The notes: generated by a model not told the origin, from the letters alone. 64,000 bases of DNA from an uncultured Acidobacteriota bacterium (GCA_963779415.1 CAVZYA010000002.1:928001-992000); one strand, 5' to 3'. Counted from the stretch's first letter, positions 47,261 through 61,261 are shown. Translations and numbers: made by a program.

Positions 47261-49114
47261 TCACCGGGCGTAGCCGAGAGAGTGGAGCCTCCGCGCTTCC
47301 TCGGGGGCGAGCGACGGCCGTCCGCCCGGCGCGTAGACGGTCTCCTGACGATGGAAATTCTCGAGCCACCCGCGCAGGTCGGCCACCCGACGCGGCTCGT
47401 CCGCGCTCCGGTCGAACGACTCCGCGGGATCGGCCTCGATGTCGAACAGCTCCGACTTGGCGCCGTCGGTCACGATGAGCTTCCAGCGGCCGTCGACGAC
47501 GACTTCGAAGGCATGACGGAACCGGTCCCCGAAGAGGAGGCACATCGCGACGTTCACGCCGTTCTCCGCGACGAGGCGGCGCGGCCGCGAGGCGACGACG
47601 GGCGCCTCCGGAAGGGCCAGGGAGGTCAGCAGATGGGACGGGGTGACACCGGCGGCGCGCAGAAGGGTCGGGTAGACGTCGACGGAGGAGACGGGCGCCG
47701 GGTCGACGTGAGGCGTCACCTTCCAGGAGCGCGGGTACCGGACGAGGAGGGGAACCCGGAGAGCCTGGTCGTAGACGTAATGGCCGTGGTCGAGGAGGTT
47801 CTTCCTCCCGAGAAAGTCGCCGTGGTCCGCGGTGAAGACGACGAGCGTTTCCCACCCGGTCGAGGTGCTCGCGTCCACTCCCGAGAGAAGGAGGCCGAAG
47901 TGGTGGTCGACGTACCGCACCTCGCCGTCGTAGAGCGCGGCGATGTGAGCGAGGACGTCCGGCGGCAGAGGATCGCCCCAGCGCATGATCCTCTCTGCGA
48001 GAGGCTCCCCATCGAGCTGGGTATCCCAGGTCTCGAAGCAGTTGGCCGGAAGGGGTCCGTCGTACCGATAGCCCGGCCTCAGGTCTTCGGGCGGGGGCTG
48101 GTATGGCTGGTGGGGGCCGAAGAGGTGGACGAAGAGGAAGATCGGCCGGAGGCTGGAGCGGCGCGCGTCCCGAAGCCAGCCGAGGGCCTCATTCGCGGCT
48201 AGGTCGTCGTGGTCGTGCTTGGTGAAGCGAGAAGCGGTCGAAACCGCGGGCGAAACCGGTTCTTGGGGAGACGAGGAACCAGTCGCTGAAGCCGCCCGTT
48301 GCATATCCGCCGCGAGAGAGGGCCTCGGCAACGTCTCGACGCCGCGGGTCATGATGGTATGGATGGGGTGCGGCTCGTTGGGGGCCCCATGGAGGAACCA
48401 CCATCGGGAGATGGGGAGCGATTCGGCGGCGTCGTTGCAGAAGCGCGCTCCGTGGGCCGACGGATGGATTCCCGTGAAGATCGAGGACATGGCCGGGATC
48501 GTCCATGGCGCGACGGACCAGACGTGCGTGAACCGGACCGCCTCCCCCGCGAATCGCTGGACGTTGGGGGCCAGGTCGGCGAACTCGCGGGCGTTGATCC
48601 GATCGGCACGCAGAGTGTCCACGGTGACGAGGACGATGTCGGGCCGCACGGTGGGCGACAGGAAGAGGCCGGCTGCCGACGCGGCGGCAGATGCCGCGAG
48701 GCCGAGGCGAAGGGCGAGGCGGACGCGAAGCACCGGAAACGCCGCCGCGAGGACGAGGAGTCCGCCGCCCACGAGCCGGCCCGCGACCTGGTCCACCTCG
48801 GCGCCCTGTACGGAACCGGCCGGAGCGGCGAGAAGAAGGGCCACGGCCGCCGCCGCGGCCGCCGGAGGGGCGAGGCGCCCGAACCGGGTGCGTGCCCCGA
48901 GTCCCAGAGCGACGACGATCCACGCGATCAAGACGAGCGCGGCGGTCGTGCCGAGCACCTCCGCCACGGCGAGCGGGGCCCTCGTCGACCATGCCGGGAG
49001 GGTGAAGAGAGGCCGGACCGCGATGAAGCACGCCACGGTCAACGCGGCGGGCAGAACCAGCGCCGTTCCCCGGAAGGCGATTCGAAGCCCTGAATCGTCC
49101 AACAGAACCGACAT
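47261..49114 (-). CDS. Membrane-anchored sulfatase-like / alkaline-phosphatase-superfamily enzyme (compensating frameshifts near 48220-48330)
   Basis: N-terminal TM segments; VTVDTLRAD, APWTIP, HLFGPH, YDGEVRYVD and TADHG; the expected AEALSRGGYATGGF..GFARGFD segment lies in another frame. Confidence 0.8.
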   Translation of the reverse strand: MSVLLDDSGLRIAFRGTALVLPAALTVACFIAVRPLFTLPAWSTRAPLAVAEVLGTTAALVLIAWIVVALGLGARTRFGRLAPPAAAAAAVALLLAAPAGSVQGAEVDQVAGRLVGGGLLVLAAAFPVLRVRLALRLGLAASAAASAAGLFLSPTVRPDIVLVTVDTLRADRINAREFADLAPNVQRFAGEAVRFTHVWSVAPWTIPAMSSIFTGIHPSAHGARFCNDAAESLPISRWWFLHGAPNEPHPIHTIMTRGVETLPRPSLAADMQRAASATGSSSPQEPVSPAVSTASRFTKHDHDDLAANEALGWLRDARRSSLRPIFLFVHLFGPHQPYQPPPEDLRPGYRYDGPLPANCFETWDTQLDGEPLAERIMRWGDPLPPDVLAHIAALYDGEVRYVDHHFGLLLSGVDASTSTGWETLVVFTADHGDFLGRKNLLDHGHYVYDQALRVPLLVRYPRSWKVTPHVDPAPVSSVDVYPTLLRAAGVTPSHLLTSLALPEAPVVASRPRRLVAENGVNVAMCLLFGDRFRHAFEVVVDGRWKLIVTDGAKSELFDIEADPAESFDRSADEPRRVADLRGWLENFHRQETVYAPGGRPSLAPEEARRLHSLGYAR

Positions 49115-49179
49115 TTTATCGTACAGGGCGCGCGGAGCGGGGGTCAGGCCGCGCCATGGACGGCCGCGTTTCCGGGGGG

Positions 49180-50190
49180 TTACGCCTCGGCGGTTGCCGG
49201 TGTCGCGGGGGCATTCGGCTTCGTGGCCGGCTCCGCGCCTCGGGCCAGCCACGCCGAGGCCGTTCCGAGATACGCCGTCCGGGAGAAGATCCGGGCGAAG
49301 ACGACGACTTGCTGCAGGAAGAGGAGCGTGGCGTAGTCGGAGAGGTCGCCGCCGTCCCACGCCCGGCCGTAACGCACCCAGAGCGCGAGCGGGAGGATCC
49401 CGAACGCCCCGAAGAAGATCTCGAGGCCGAGCGTTCCGACGGGGTGCGCGAAGGCCATGCCGAGCCCGCGTCCGAGCGCGGCGGCGAGGTTGATGCTCCC
49501 CGAGAGCCCCATCGAGGCCCGGCCGAACTGGACGACGACCCGGACGAAGCCCGCCACGACGAGGAAGACCGTGAGACGGACGAGCTGCAGGACGAGCGCC
49601 TGCCACTCATAACGGAATTGGGATGCGTCGTAGAGGAAGCCCGTCCCGACATAGAGGTAGCGCCAGGCAGCAATCAGAAGGACGGCCGAGAGGACTCCGA
49701 GGAAGAGCGACGGGAAGGCGAACCTCCCGCAGTCCTCGCCGAACGCCGCGAGGCTCGAGCGTCCGCTCGCCGCGCCGAAGCGCCCGGCGAATCCTCCCGC
49801 GAGAATGGCGGCGAGCGCAGTCGAGAGCGCGCCGAACGCGACCGTCGCGCCGGCAAGGCCGTCCCTCGGGAGGAGGTCCGCGAGCGAAGCGCGGGCCGAG
49901 GTGCCCGACGGCGTGTTCCCGGTCACGACGTCCTCCAGCTTGCCGACGTCTCCGAGGACGTCCGGGCGGACCCGGGTGAAGTGGGCGAAGAAGAGCGGGT
50001 CGACGCCCTTCGTCAGCCGCTCGGCCCACGGGTTGCGGTCGAGCGTCTCGTGGAGGGCGCTCGCGGCCGGTCGGACGAGAACGAACGCGAGGGCGGCGTT
50101 CAAAAGGAGAGCGAGGAGGAGCGCCTTCCACATCGTGAGGGTGGAGGCGAAGGCGCGGAAGACGAGGACGGTGACCGAATGGCGTCTCAT
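49180..50190 (-). CDS. Hypothetical polytopic membrane protein coupled to the M1 peptidase
   Basis: Several hydrophobic segments; ATG overlaps the M1 stop (ATGA). Confidence 0.7.
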   Translation of the reverse strand: MRRHSVTVLVFRAFASTLTMWKALLLALLLNAALAFVLVRPAASALHETLDRNPWAERLTKGVDPLFFAHFTRVRPDVLGDVGKLEDVVTGNTPSGTSARASLADLLPRDGLAGATVAFGALSTALAAILAGGFAGRFGAASGRSSLAAFGEDCGRFAFPSLFLGVLSAVLLIAAWRYLYVGTGFLYDASQFRYEWQALVLQLVRLTVFLVVAGFVRVVVQFGRASMGLSGSINLAAALGRGLGMAFAHPVGTLGLEIFFGAFGILPLALWVRYGRAWDGGDLSDYATLLFLQQVVVFARIFSRTAYLGTASAWLARGAEPATKPNAPATPATAEA

Positions 50191-52187
50191 CGCACCCCCC
50201 CGACGAATCCGAGGAGGGCGAAGAACTCGAGGGCGTTCTGCGCCCAGAAGCGGAGGCGCATGGCCCACGCGCTCACGGCGCGCGCGTCCTTCTCCACCGT
50301 CATCCCGTTGTTCAGGACGTTGACGTCGAGGAGGAGCTTCCGGTCGGGGTCGACGCGTGCCGAGAGGAGCCTCGGTCCCGTCGCGCGGTAGCGCACCCAC
50401 CGGTCCTTCCCGTCCCAGACCGTCCGGAAGAGCTGCCCGCCGGCGAAGACCAACTCCACGTCGACCGGCCAGACCGCCTCGCCCATCCGCCGGACGACGA
50501 CGACCGACTCGTATGACACGGGATCCTTCGGCGCCGCTTCCTTCTCCTGGAACCGAAGGGCCGACCCCTCGCCGATCCACCCGACGGGAGGGGCGATTTT
50601 CTTCGTGGAGACGGAGCCGATGGCGTAGTCGAACGTGTTCGATGTGTCCCACGCCTCGTGGAAGAGCTCGTCCGCCCCGGGTCCGGCGATCTCCTTCACG
50701 ATCCCCCGGAAATCCGCGGCCGTCGGGTGACGGAAGGAGAAGCGCGTCGCGTACGTCTTCAGGATCTTCCCGAACGTCTCCGCGCCGAGCGTCCGCTCGG
50801 CCGAGGCGAGCGTGAGCGCCGTCTTCGAGTAGGCGTTCACGCGGATCGCCGCGCCGTCCAGCATCCGGTACGAGGGCTCGCTCGTCTCATCGGACCGGGA
50901 GGCGACCTGCCAGTCGAGGTAGCGCTGGCTTCCGAAGTCGGGGCGGGGAAGCCGGATCCCGCGGAAGACGATCGGGATCCCGAAAATGCGCTTCACGAGC
51001 GGCGGATCGCCGAAGGCGCCGCTCATCGTGACTTCGGTCGCGTAGCTGTTGAATCCCTCGTCGAGGTGCGCCTCCTCGAACTCGTTCGAGGCGAGGAGGC
51101 CGTAGAAGATCTGGTGTCCGAACTCGTGGACGGTGACCCCCTCCGGGCTTCCCGTCCCGGCCGGGGAGAGCCAGCTCGCCCCTCCGGTGAAGAGGGTCGG
51201 GTACTCCATCCCCCCCGACGCGGCGCCCCATGGCGGATCGACGACCGTCACCTGCGGGTACGGATAGGGAACGTAACGCGTCCCGTAGTCGAGAAGCGCC
51301 GCGCGCGTTGCGGCGAAGTAGCGTTCCTTCACGCGCCGGTGGTCGGGCTGGAGAAGAAGGACGATCTCCACCTTCGGAAGGCCCGGCGCGTCGAACGTTT
51401 CGCGGGAGACTTCGAAACGGGGCGAAGCGGTCCAGGCGAAGTCGTGGACGTCCTCGGCGACGAAGCGGACCTTCACCCCCGCGGCGACGTCCGTCTCTTC
51501 CTTCGGGACGCCGGAAGCGCCGACCTTCCCCTTGAACTCCTTCGGGAGCGTCAGCGTCACGTCGTAGTCGCCGAAGTCGGCGAAAAACTCCGTCCCGGCG
51601 TGGAACTGATGGACGTTCCACCCCGAGTCGGTGGCCACGCCGAGCTTCGGGAACCACTGCGCCCCCATGACGAAGTCGTCCTTCCAGCCGGTCCTCGCGA
51701 TGGTCCGGGGAAGCTTCGCCCCCCAGTCGAGGGAAAACGCGAGCGCTTGGCCGGGCTCGACGGGACGCGGGAGCGGCACGCAGGCGACGGTCCGGTCGTC
51801 GGGGTTTCCGTCGTCGGGGGAAACGTAGTGGAGGCCCGCCGTCAGGTCGGTGCCGTCCGCGAGGACGATCCGGTGAATCGCGCTCCACCCGAACCACTCC
51901 GCCGCGTTCCCGTGCCCGCGCCCGCGGCCGACCCCCTCCTCGTTCTCCTTCATCCAGGTGGAGCGGTTGGTCTTCCAGGCGTTCAGGTAGAGGTGGAAGC
52001 AGAGGTCGGGGACCGGCCGGGACGTCCGGTTCGTGAAGGTGACCGCCGACTTCCCGGCGAGGGTGTGCTCCGTCGCGTCGTACGTCACGTCCATCCGGTA
52101 CGAGGCGACGGGCGCGACCCGTGCTCCGGCGAGGAGGGGTGGAGTGAGCAGGAATACGGCGGAGAGGAGTGCGCTGTGAGGCTTCAC
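50187..52187 (-). CDS. M1 family zinc aminopeptidase
   Basis: Signal peptide; GGMEYP, HEFGH and LDEG. Confidence 0.92.
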   Translation of the reverse strand: MKPHSALLSAVFLLTPPLLAGARVAPVASYRMDVTYDATEHTLAGKSAVTFTNRTSRPVPDLCFHLYLNAWKTNRSTWMKENEEGVGRGRGHGNAAEWFGWSAIHRIVLADGTDLTAGLHYVSPDDGNPDDRTVACVPLPRPVEPGQALAFSLDWGAKLPRTIARTGWKDDFVMGAQWFPKLGVATDSGWNVHQFHAGTEFFADFGDYDVTLTLPKEFKGKVGASGVPKEETDVAAGVKVRFVAEDVHDFAWTASPRFEVSRETFDAPGLPKVEIVLLLQPDHRRVKERYFAATRAALLDYGTRYVPYPYPQVTVVDPPWGAASGGMEYPTLFTGGASWLSPAGTGSPEGVTVHEFGHQIFYGLLASNEFEEAHLDEGFNSYATEVTMSGAFGDPPLVKRIFGIPIVFRGIRLPRPDFGSQRYLDWQVASRSDETSEPSYRMLDGAAIRVNAYSKTALTLASAERTLGAETFGKILKTYATRFSFRHPTAADFRGIVKEIAGPGADELFHEAWDTSNTFDYAIGSVSTKKIAPPVGWIGEGSALRFQEKEAAPKDPVSYESVVVVRRMGEAVWPVDVELVFAGGQLFRTVWDGKDRWVRYRATGPRLLSARVDPDRKLLLDVNVLNNGMTVEKDARAVSAWAMRLRFWAQNALEFFALLGFVGGVR

Positions 52188-52237
52188 GGCGGGCGATGCT
52201 AGCAAGGTGAGAGGCACGAAGGCGCTATAGTTTCGGC

Positions 52238-52810
52238 ATGTCGCGGCCGGCGGAGCGGCTCGCCACGTGGGCGGACATCGCGGGATATCCGGAAGGGACG
52301 CGTGTCGAGATCTTCGACGGCGAGATCCAGATGGCGCCTCGTCCCGCCATCGCCCACGGTCTCATCCAGGCCTCCGTCTCGCATTTCATCGGGGGGCCGT
52401 TCGGCTTCGGAGACGGTCCGGGAGGCTGGTGGATCGTCATCGAGCCCGATGTGGAGCTGGCGGCGCACGTGGTCGTGGAACCCGATGTCGTCGGATGGCG
52501 CCGCTCACGAGTTCCGGAGTTTCCTGCCGAGCGACCGGTTCGGATCGTTCCCGACTGGATCTGCGAGGTTCTTTCGCCGTTCAACCGCCGGCAGGACCTC
52601 GTGACGAAGGCAGATCTGTACCTCCGCTGCGGCGTCCCGTACTACTGGACCATCGACCCCGAGGAGCGTGTCCTCCAGGCCCTGCGCCTCGACAAGACGA
52701 AAGGCTCATGGGAAGTCCTGGGGACCTGGTCCGACGGGCAGAAGGTCGCGATCCCGCCTTTTGAAGCCGTCACTCTCGACGTGACCCGGCTCTTCCCTCC
52801 GGCAAAGTAG
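52238..52810 (+). CDS. Uma2-family PD-(D/E)xK endonuclease
   Basis: EIFDGEI, EPD, PDWICEVLSP and K..Y..GVPYYWTIDP. Confidence 0.9.
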   Translation: MSRPAERLATWADIAGYPEGTRVEIFDGEIQMAPRPAIAHGLIQASVSHFIGGPFGFGDGPGGWWIVIEPDVELAAHVVVEPDVVGWRRSRVPEFPAERPVRIVPDWICEVLSPFNRRQDLVTKADLYLRCGVPYYWTIDPEERVLQALRLDKTKGSWEVLGTWSDGQKVAIPPFEAVTLDVTRLFPPAK

Positions 52811-52853
52811 GCACCGGACAAGAGGCCCCACCCCGGTCTCGTCTCCCGCCTAG

Positions 52854-56389
<3,536 letters not shown>

Positions 56390-56394
56390 CGGCG

Positions 56395-57195
56395 ATGTCG
56401 TCGAAGCTCCCCCTCCTCCTCGTGGCCGCGCTCCTTTTCGGCGGCCTTTTCCTGTTCCTCCGCTTCTTCGCGCGCGTCCTCGCTTTTCCCGGCTCGCGCG
56501 TCTCCTTTTCGGAGGCGGGGGCGCTCGGGGACCGGGGGTGGATGCTGACGTTCGTGACGGGGGACGGCCTCACTCTCCGGGCGGCGTGGATCTCCTCGGG
56601 AGTCTCCGGCGCGAAGGTCGTCGTCTTCTTCCACGGCAACGCCGAGTCGGCCGCGCAGAATCTTCCGCTCGCCCGGGCGCTCTCTTCGGAAGGGGTCGAC
56701 GTGGTCCTCGCGGAGTACCGCGGGTACGGAGGAGAGCCGGGGCGTCCGGACGAAACGGGGCTCTATGCCGATGGCACGGCGCTTCTCGGGGCCCTGGAAC
56801 GGGAGGGAGTGACGCGGGACCGGCTCGTTCTCGTCGGCCGCTCTCTCGGGACGGGCGTCGCCGTCGAGATGGCGCTCCGATTTCCTCCCTCGCTCCTCAT
56901 CCTCGTCTCGCCGTACACGTCGCTTACGGACCTCGGCCGGTCTCTCATCGGGCCGCTCGCGCCCCTCCTCGTTCCCGACCGGTTCGACAACCTCGGAAAG
57001 ATCGCGCGTCTGACCTGTCCCGTCGTCATCCTCCACGGCACGAAGGATGACGTGATTCCGTTCCGGATGGGCGAGAAGCTCGCCGCCGCGGGGAAGAACG
57101 TCCGGTTCCTTCCCCTCGAGGGGAGGACGCACAACGACATCCCCGACCTCCCGGCGCTCCTCCTCTCGAGGATTCGCGCGGAGGCCGGGGTCTAG
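56395..57195 (+). CDS. Alpha/beta hydrolase
   Basis: FHGNA, GRSLG, HGTKDDVIP and HND. Confidence 0.9.
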   Translation: MSSKLPLLLVAALLFGGLFLFLRFFARVLAFPGSRVSFSEAGALGDRGWMLTFVTGDGLTLRAAWISSGVSGAKVVVFFHGNAESAAQNLPLARALSSEGVDVVLAEYRGYGGEPGRPDETGLYADGTALLGALEREGVTRDRLVLVGRSLGTGVAVEMALRFPPSLLILVSPYTSLTDLGRSLIGPLAPLLVPDRFDNLGKIARLTCPVVILHGTKDDVIPFRMGEKLAAAGKNVRFLPLEGRTHNDIPDLPALLLSRIRAEAGV

Positions 57196-57219
57196 AATCC
57201 CGGGAAGCGGAGGATCCCG

Positions 57220-57435
57220 ATGGACGTGCCGACGAAGGTCTACGTGACGTGTCCGATCTCGGATCTGAAGCAGGTTGCGGGGACGCTGATCTCGATCTCT
57301 CCGCTCGGCTACTACGAGCTGCACGTCACGTTCGGCGCGAACACCCACGTCGTCCTTCTTCCGATCGTGGCGACGACGCTGACGGTCGCCGAGCCGGTCC
57401 TGAACCCGCCCGCCGGCTTCGAGCTCGAGCGCTAG
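57220..57435 (+). CDS. Small hypothetical protein (71 aa)
   Basis: GGAGG SD, host-like codon usage, fills the intergenic gap. Confidence 0.7.
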   Translation: MDVPTKVYVTCPISDLKQVAGTLISISPLGYYELHVTFGANTHVVLLPIVATTLTVAEPVLNPPAGFELER

Positions 57436-57457
57436 CGCGGAGCCTCCGGAGCCGCCG

Positions 57458-58922
57458 ATGACGTCGGAACCCCTCTCCGCCGTCGACACGGCGTGGCTCC
57501 ACATGGAGGAGCCGACGAACCTGATGATGGTGACGGGGGTCCTCGTCTTCGACGAGATCCTCGACTTCGGCCGCCTCGCGGCGCTGATGAAGGAACGCCT
57601 CCTCCGCGTTCCGCGTCTGACGCAGCGCATCGTCGATCCCCGCCTTCCCTTCACGCCGCCCCGCTGGGAGACCGACCCGACCTTCGACCTCCGGGCGCAC
57701 CTCCACCGCGTCGCCCTTCATCCGCCCGGGGACCAGGCGGCGCTCCGCGAACTCGTGAGCGACCTGATGTCGATGCCGCTCGACTTCTCCAAGCCGCTCT
57801 GGCAGTTCCACCTCGTCGAGGGGTTCGGAAAGGGAAGCGCCCTCGTCGGCCGTCTTCCACCATGTACTCGGGGACGGCGTCGCCCTCGTGAGGCTGATCC
57901 TGTCGATCGCGGACGGCGCCGGGCCGGAAGGCGAGGCGGCGTCATTCGGCGAGCCGCACGGATGGGAGCGGCTCGGCGCCTTCCTCGGTCCGGCAGCGAA
58001 GGCCGTTTCTCGAGGATTCGCCGTGACACAGGGGATCGTCCGCGAAGGGGTCGAGTCCCTCGTCCATCCCGAACACCTCCTCGAGATCGCGGCGCGCGGC
58101 GCCAGCGGTGCGGACGCGCTGGCCAAGCTGGTCCTGATGCCGCCCGACCCGATCACACCCTTCAAGGGGCCGCTCGGCGTCGAGAAGATGGCCGCCTGGT
58201 CCGACCCGATCCCGCTCGACGAGGTGAAGGCGGTGGGGAAGGCTCTGGGAGGGACGGTGAACGACGTCCTTCTCGCCTCCGTGACCGGGGCGCTCCGGCG
58301 CTACCTCGAAGGGCGCGGCGCCCTCTCTCCCGGTCTCGAGTTCCGCGCCGTCGTTCCGGTGAATCTCCGCCGGCCCGAGGAGGAGCACGAGCTGGGGAAC
58401 CGGTTCGGCCTCGTCTTCCTTTCCCTCCCCGTCGGCGTCGAGGATCCCGTCGAGAGGCTCTTCGAGCTGAAGGAGCGGATGGACGAGATCAAGGGATCGC
58501 CCGAGGCGATCGTCGCCCTCGCCCTGCTCGGCGCGATCGGCACGGCCCCCATCCCCGTCGAGCGGCTCGTCGTCGAGCTGTTCGGGCGGGGCGGTACGGG
58601 CGTGATGACGAACGTCGCCGGACCCCGCCAGCGGATCCGTCTGGCCGGACGGCCGGCGACCGGAATGATGTTCTGGGTCCCGCAGTCGGGGCGGCTCGGT
58701 CTCGGCGTCAGCATCCTGAGCTACGCGGGGGGCGTCTCGCTCGGCGTCGCGACCGACGCAGGTCTCGTCCCCGACCCGGAGGCGATCCTCGACGGCTTCC
58801 GCGCGGAGTTCGACGCTCTGGCGGAGGCCGCGCGCCGGCAGGAGTCGCCGGCCCCCGTTCCTCCCCGACGCGCACCGGTCAGGCCGGCGGGTCGGCGGCG
58901 TTCCCGTCCGTCTCGGCGGTGA
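57458..58922 (+). CDS. Wax ester synthase / diacylglycerol acyltransferase (WS/DGAT), frameshift near 57856
   Basis: LSAVDTAWLHME and PLDFSKPLWQ; removing one base restores RLHHVLGDG; TVNDV, VPVNLR, GNRFG and TNVAGP. Confidence 0.88.
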
Positions 58923-61140
58923 GGTCGGAGGCGTCCTCGGTGCCTCCGCGCGCGAGGCGTTCGGCCGCGCGCAGCATCCGGCGGCGGGCGTCTTCGAGGA
59001 AATCGGCCTGCGAGTCGACGGCGGGGGCGCCCGGTGCGGGGCGGAGCCGCTCGTAGCGGCCGTCCGCGTGGAGGGCGCGTGCCCGGACGTTGTCGGCGAG
59101 GGAGAGCTCCAGCGCGCGGACGACCTCCGCCGCGGCGGCCGGGTCTTCGACCGGGAAGGAGATCTCGACCCTCCGGAAGAAGTTCCGGGGCATCCAGTCG
59201 GCCGACGACAGGTAGACCTTCCGGTCGCCTCCGTTCTCGAAGACGAACGCGCGGCTGTGCTCGAGGAATCGCCCGACGACGGAACGGACCCGGATGTTCT
59301 CCGACAGCCCCGGAACTCCCGGTTTCAGGCAGCAGATGCCGCGGATGGAGAGATCCACCGGGACGCCGGCCTGGGACGCCTCGTAGAGCGCGGCGATGAC
59401 CTTCGTGTCGACGAGGGCGTTCATCTTGGCGCGGATTCCGGAGGGATGTCCGGCGCGTGCGTGTGCCGTCTCTCTCTCGATCCATTCGAGGACGGTGCGG
59501 TGCATCTCCCTCGGGGCCGTGACGAGCTTCTCGTACCGGATGCGCCCGGCGATCCCGGTCAGCGCGTTGAAGAGCTTCGAGGCGTCCTCGCCGAACTCGG
59601 GGCGGCAGGTCAGAAGGCCGAAGTCGGTATAGACGCGCGCCGTCGTCGGGTTGTAGTTGCCGGTTCCGAGGTGGACGTACCGGCGCAACTCGTCCTTCTC
59701 CCGCCGGACGACGAGGGCGATCTTCCCGTGGGTCTTGAGCCCCATGACGCCGTAGACGACGTGGACCCCCGCCTGCTCGAGAGCCTTGGCCCAGACGATG
59801 TTGTTCTCCTCGTCGAAGCGCGCCTTCAGCTCCACGAGGACGGCGACCTGCTTGCCGTTCTCGGCGGCGCGGACGAGGGCCGGGATGATCGGGGATTCCG
59901 AGCCCGCCCGGTAGAGCGTCATCTTGATGGCGAGCGTCTTTCCGTCCTCCGCCGCGCGCTGGATCAGCTCGACGACCGGTCCGAAGGAGTCGTACGGGTG
60001 GTGGAGGAGGATGTCGCCGGAGCGGATCGCCGCGAAGATCGAGGTCTCCGGCCGCGGCAGGAGGGTGGGGAGCGCCGGCGTGAACGGCGGGTCCTTCAGG
60101 TCGTGGCGGTCGAGCTTCCAGAGGGCCATGAGGTCGCCGCCTCCGAGCGGGCCGTCAACCTCGTAGACCTCCTGCTCGGTGATCTCGAGCTGCTTCAAGA
60201 GGAGCTTCCGGACGCGCTTGGGCGTCTTCGGGGCGACCTCGAGACGGACGACCGCGCCGAATCGGCGGCGCCGGACCTCCTGCTCGATCGTCGCGAGAAG
60301 GTCTGCGGCCTCGTCTTCCTGGATCTCGATGTCGGCGTCCCGGGTCACGCGGAAGAGGTGAGAGGAGACGATCTCGAAACCCGGGAAGAGCTCGCCGAGA
60401 TTCGCCTGGATCAGCGACTCGAGAAGGACGAAGTCGGCCTTCTCCGGCCGGACCTTCTTCTTCCCTTCCTCGATCTCGCGCAGCGAGACGAGCCGAGGTA
60501 GCGCGGCGGGGACCTTGACGCGCGCGAAACGGATGTCTCCCGTCTCGGGGTCCTTCACCTCGACGGCGAGGTTGATGGAGAGGTTCGAGAGGAACGGGAA
60601 CGGGTGCCCGGGGTCGACGACGAGCGGCGTCAGGACGGGGAGGACGTGCTTCCGGAACCAGGCGCTCGCCGCCTCGCGCGTCGCTTCGGCGAGGTCCGGG
60701 GCGGAGAGGACCGAGATCCCCGCCGCCGCGAGCTTCGGGAGGAGGTCGCCCGTCAGGCAGGCCGACTGGCGTGACTCCATCTTCAGAACGGCCTCGCGGA
60801 TCTTCAGGAGCTGCTCGGCCGGGGTGAGACCGTCCTCGGCCCGCTCGACCTTCCCGGACCAGACCTGGTCGAGGACGCCCGCGACCCGGATCATGAAGAA
60901 TTCGTCGAGATTCGTCTCCGAGATGGAGAGGAACTTGAGCCGCTCCAGGAGCGGCCAGCGTTCGTCGAGGGCCTCGTCGAGGACCCGCTCGTTGAACTCC
61001 AGCCACGACAGCTCCCGGTCGAGGAGCGAGATCGCCGCCTCCGGGGAAGGCACCGCGGAGGGAGTTGCCGCCGCCTCGGCGGCGGGCTCGACCAGCTCGA
61101 GGTTTCGTCGCCTGCGGGGTCTGCTTTCGTGGTGGATCAT
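58879..61140 (-). CDS. ppk1: Polyphosphate kinase 1
   Basis: RELSWLEFNERVL, HPFP, LHHPYDSF, ELKARFDEENNI, KTHGK and RFLEHSR. Confidence 0.97.
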   Translation of the reverse strand: MIHHESRPRRRRNLELVEPAAEAAATPSAVPSPEAAISLLDRELSWLEFNERVLDEALDERWPLLERLKFLSISETNLDEFFMIRVAGVLDQVWSGKVERAEDGLTPAEQLLKIREAVLKMESRQSACLTGDLLPKLAAAGISVLSAPDLAEATREAASAWFRKHVLPVLTPLVVDPGHPFPFLSNLSINLAVEVKDPETGDIRFARVKVPAALPRLVSLREIEEGKKKVRPEKADFVLLESLIQANLGELFPGFEIVSSHLFRVTRDADIEIQEDEAADLLATIEQEVRRRRFGAVVRLEVAPKTPKRVRKLLLKQLEITEQEVYEVDGPLGGGDLMALWKLDRHDLKDPPFTPALPTLLPRPETSIFAAIRSGDILLHHPYDSFGPVVELIQRAAEDGKTLAIKMTLYRAGSESPIIPALVRAAENGKQVAVLVELKARFDEENNIVWAKALEQAGVHVVYGVMGLKTHGKIALVVRREKDELRRYVHLGTGNYNPTTARVYTDFGLLTCRPEFGEDASKLFNALTGIAGRIRYEKLVTAPREMHRTVLEWIERETAHARAGHPSGIRAKMNALVDTKVIAALYEASQAGVPVDLSIRGICCLKPGVPGLSENIRVRSVVGRFLEHSRAFVFENGGDRKVYLSSADWMPRNFFRRVEISFPVEDPAAAAEVVRALELSLADNVRARALHADGRYERLRPAPGAPAVDSQADFLEDARRRMLRAAERLARGGTEDASDLTAETDGNAADPPA

Positions 61141-61261
61141 CGCGGGGTCTCCCCACCTTGGGGGGTCAGAGGATACCGGAGGCCGGTCCGCTTCGCCCGG
61201 CCGGCCTTGGCATCACCCGATTTCCCGATAAGCCCTGTTTTCGGAGAGGATTGGGATCGGC

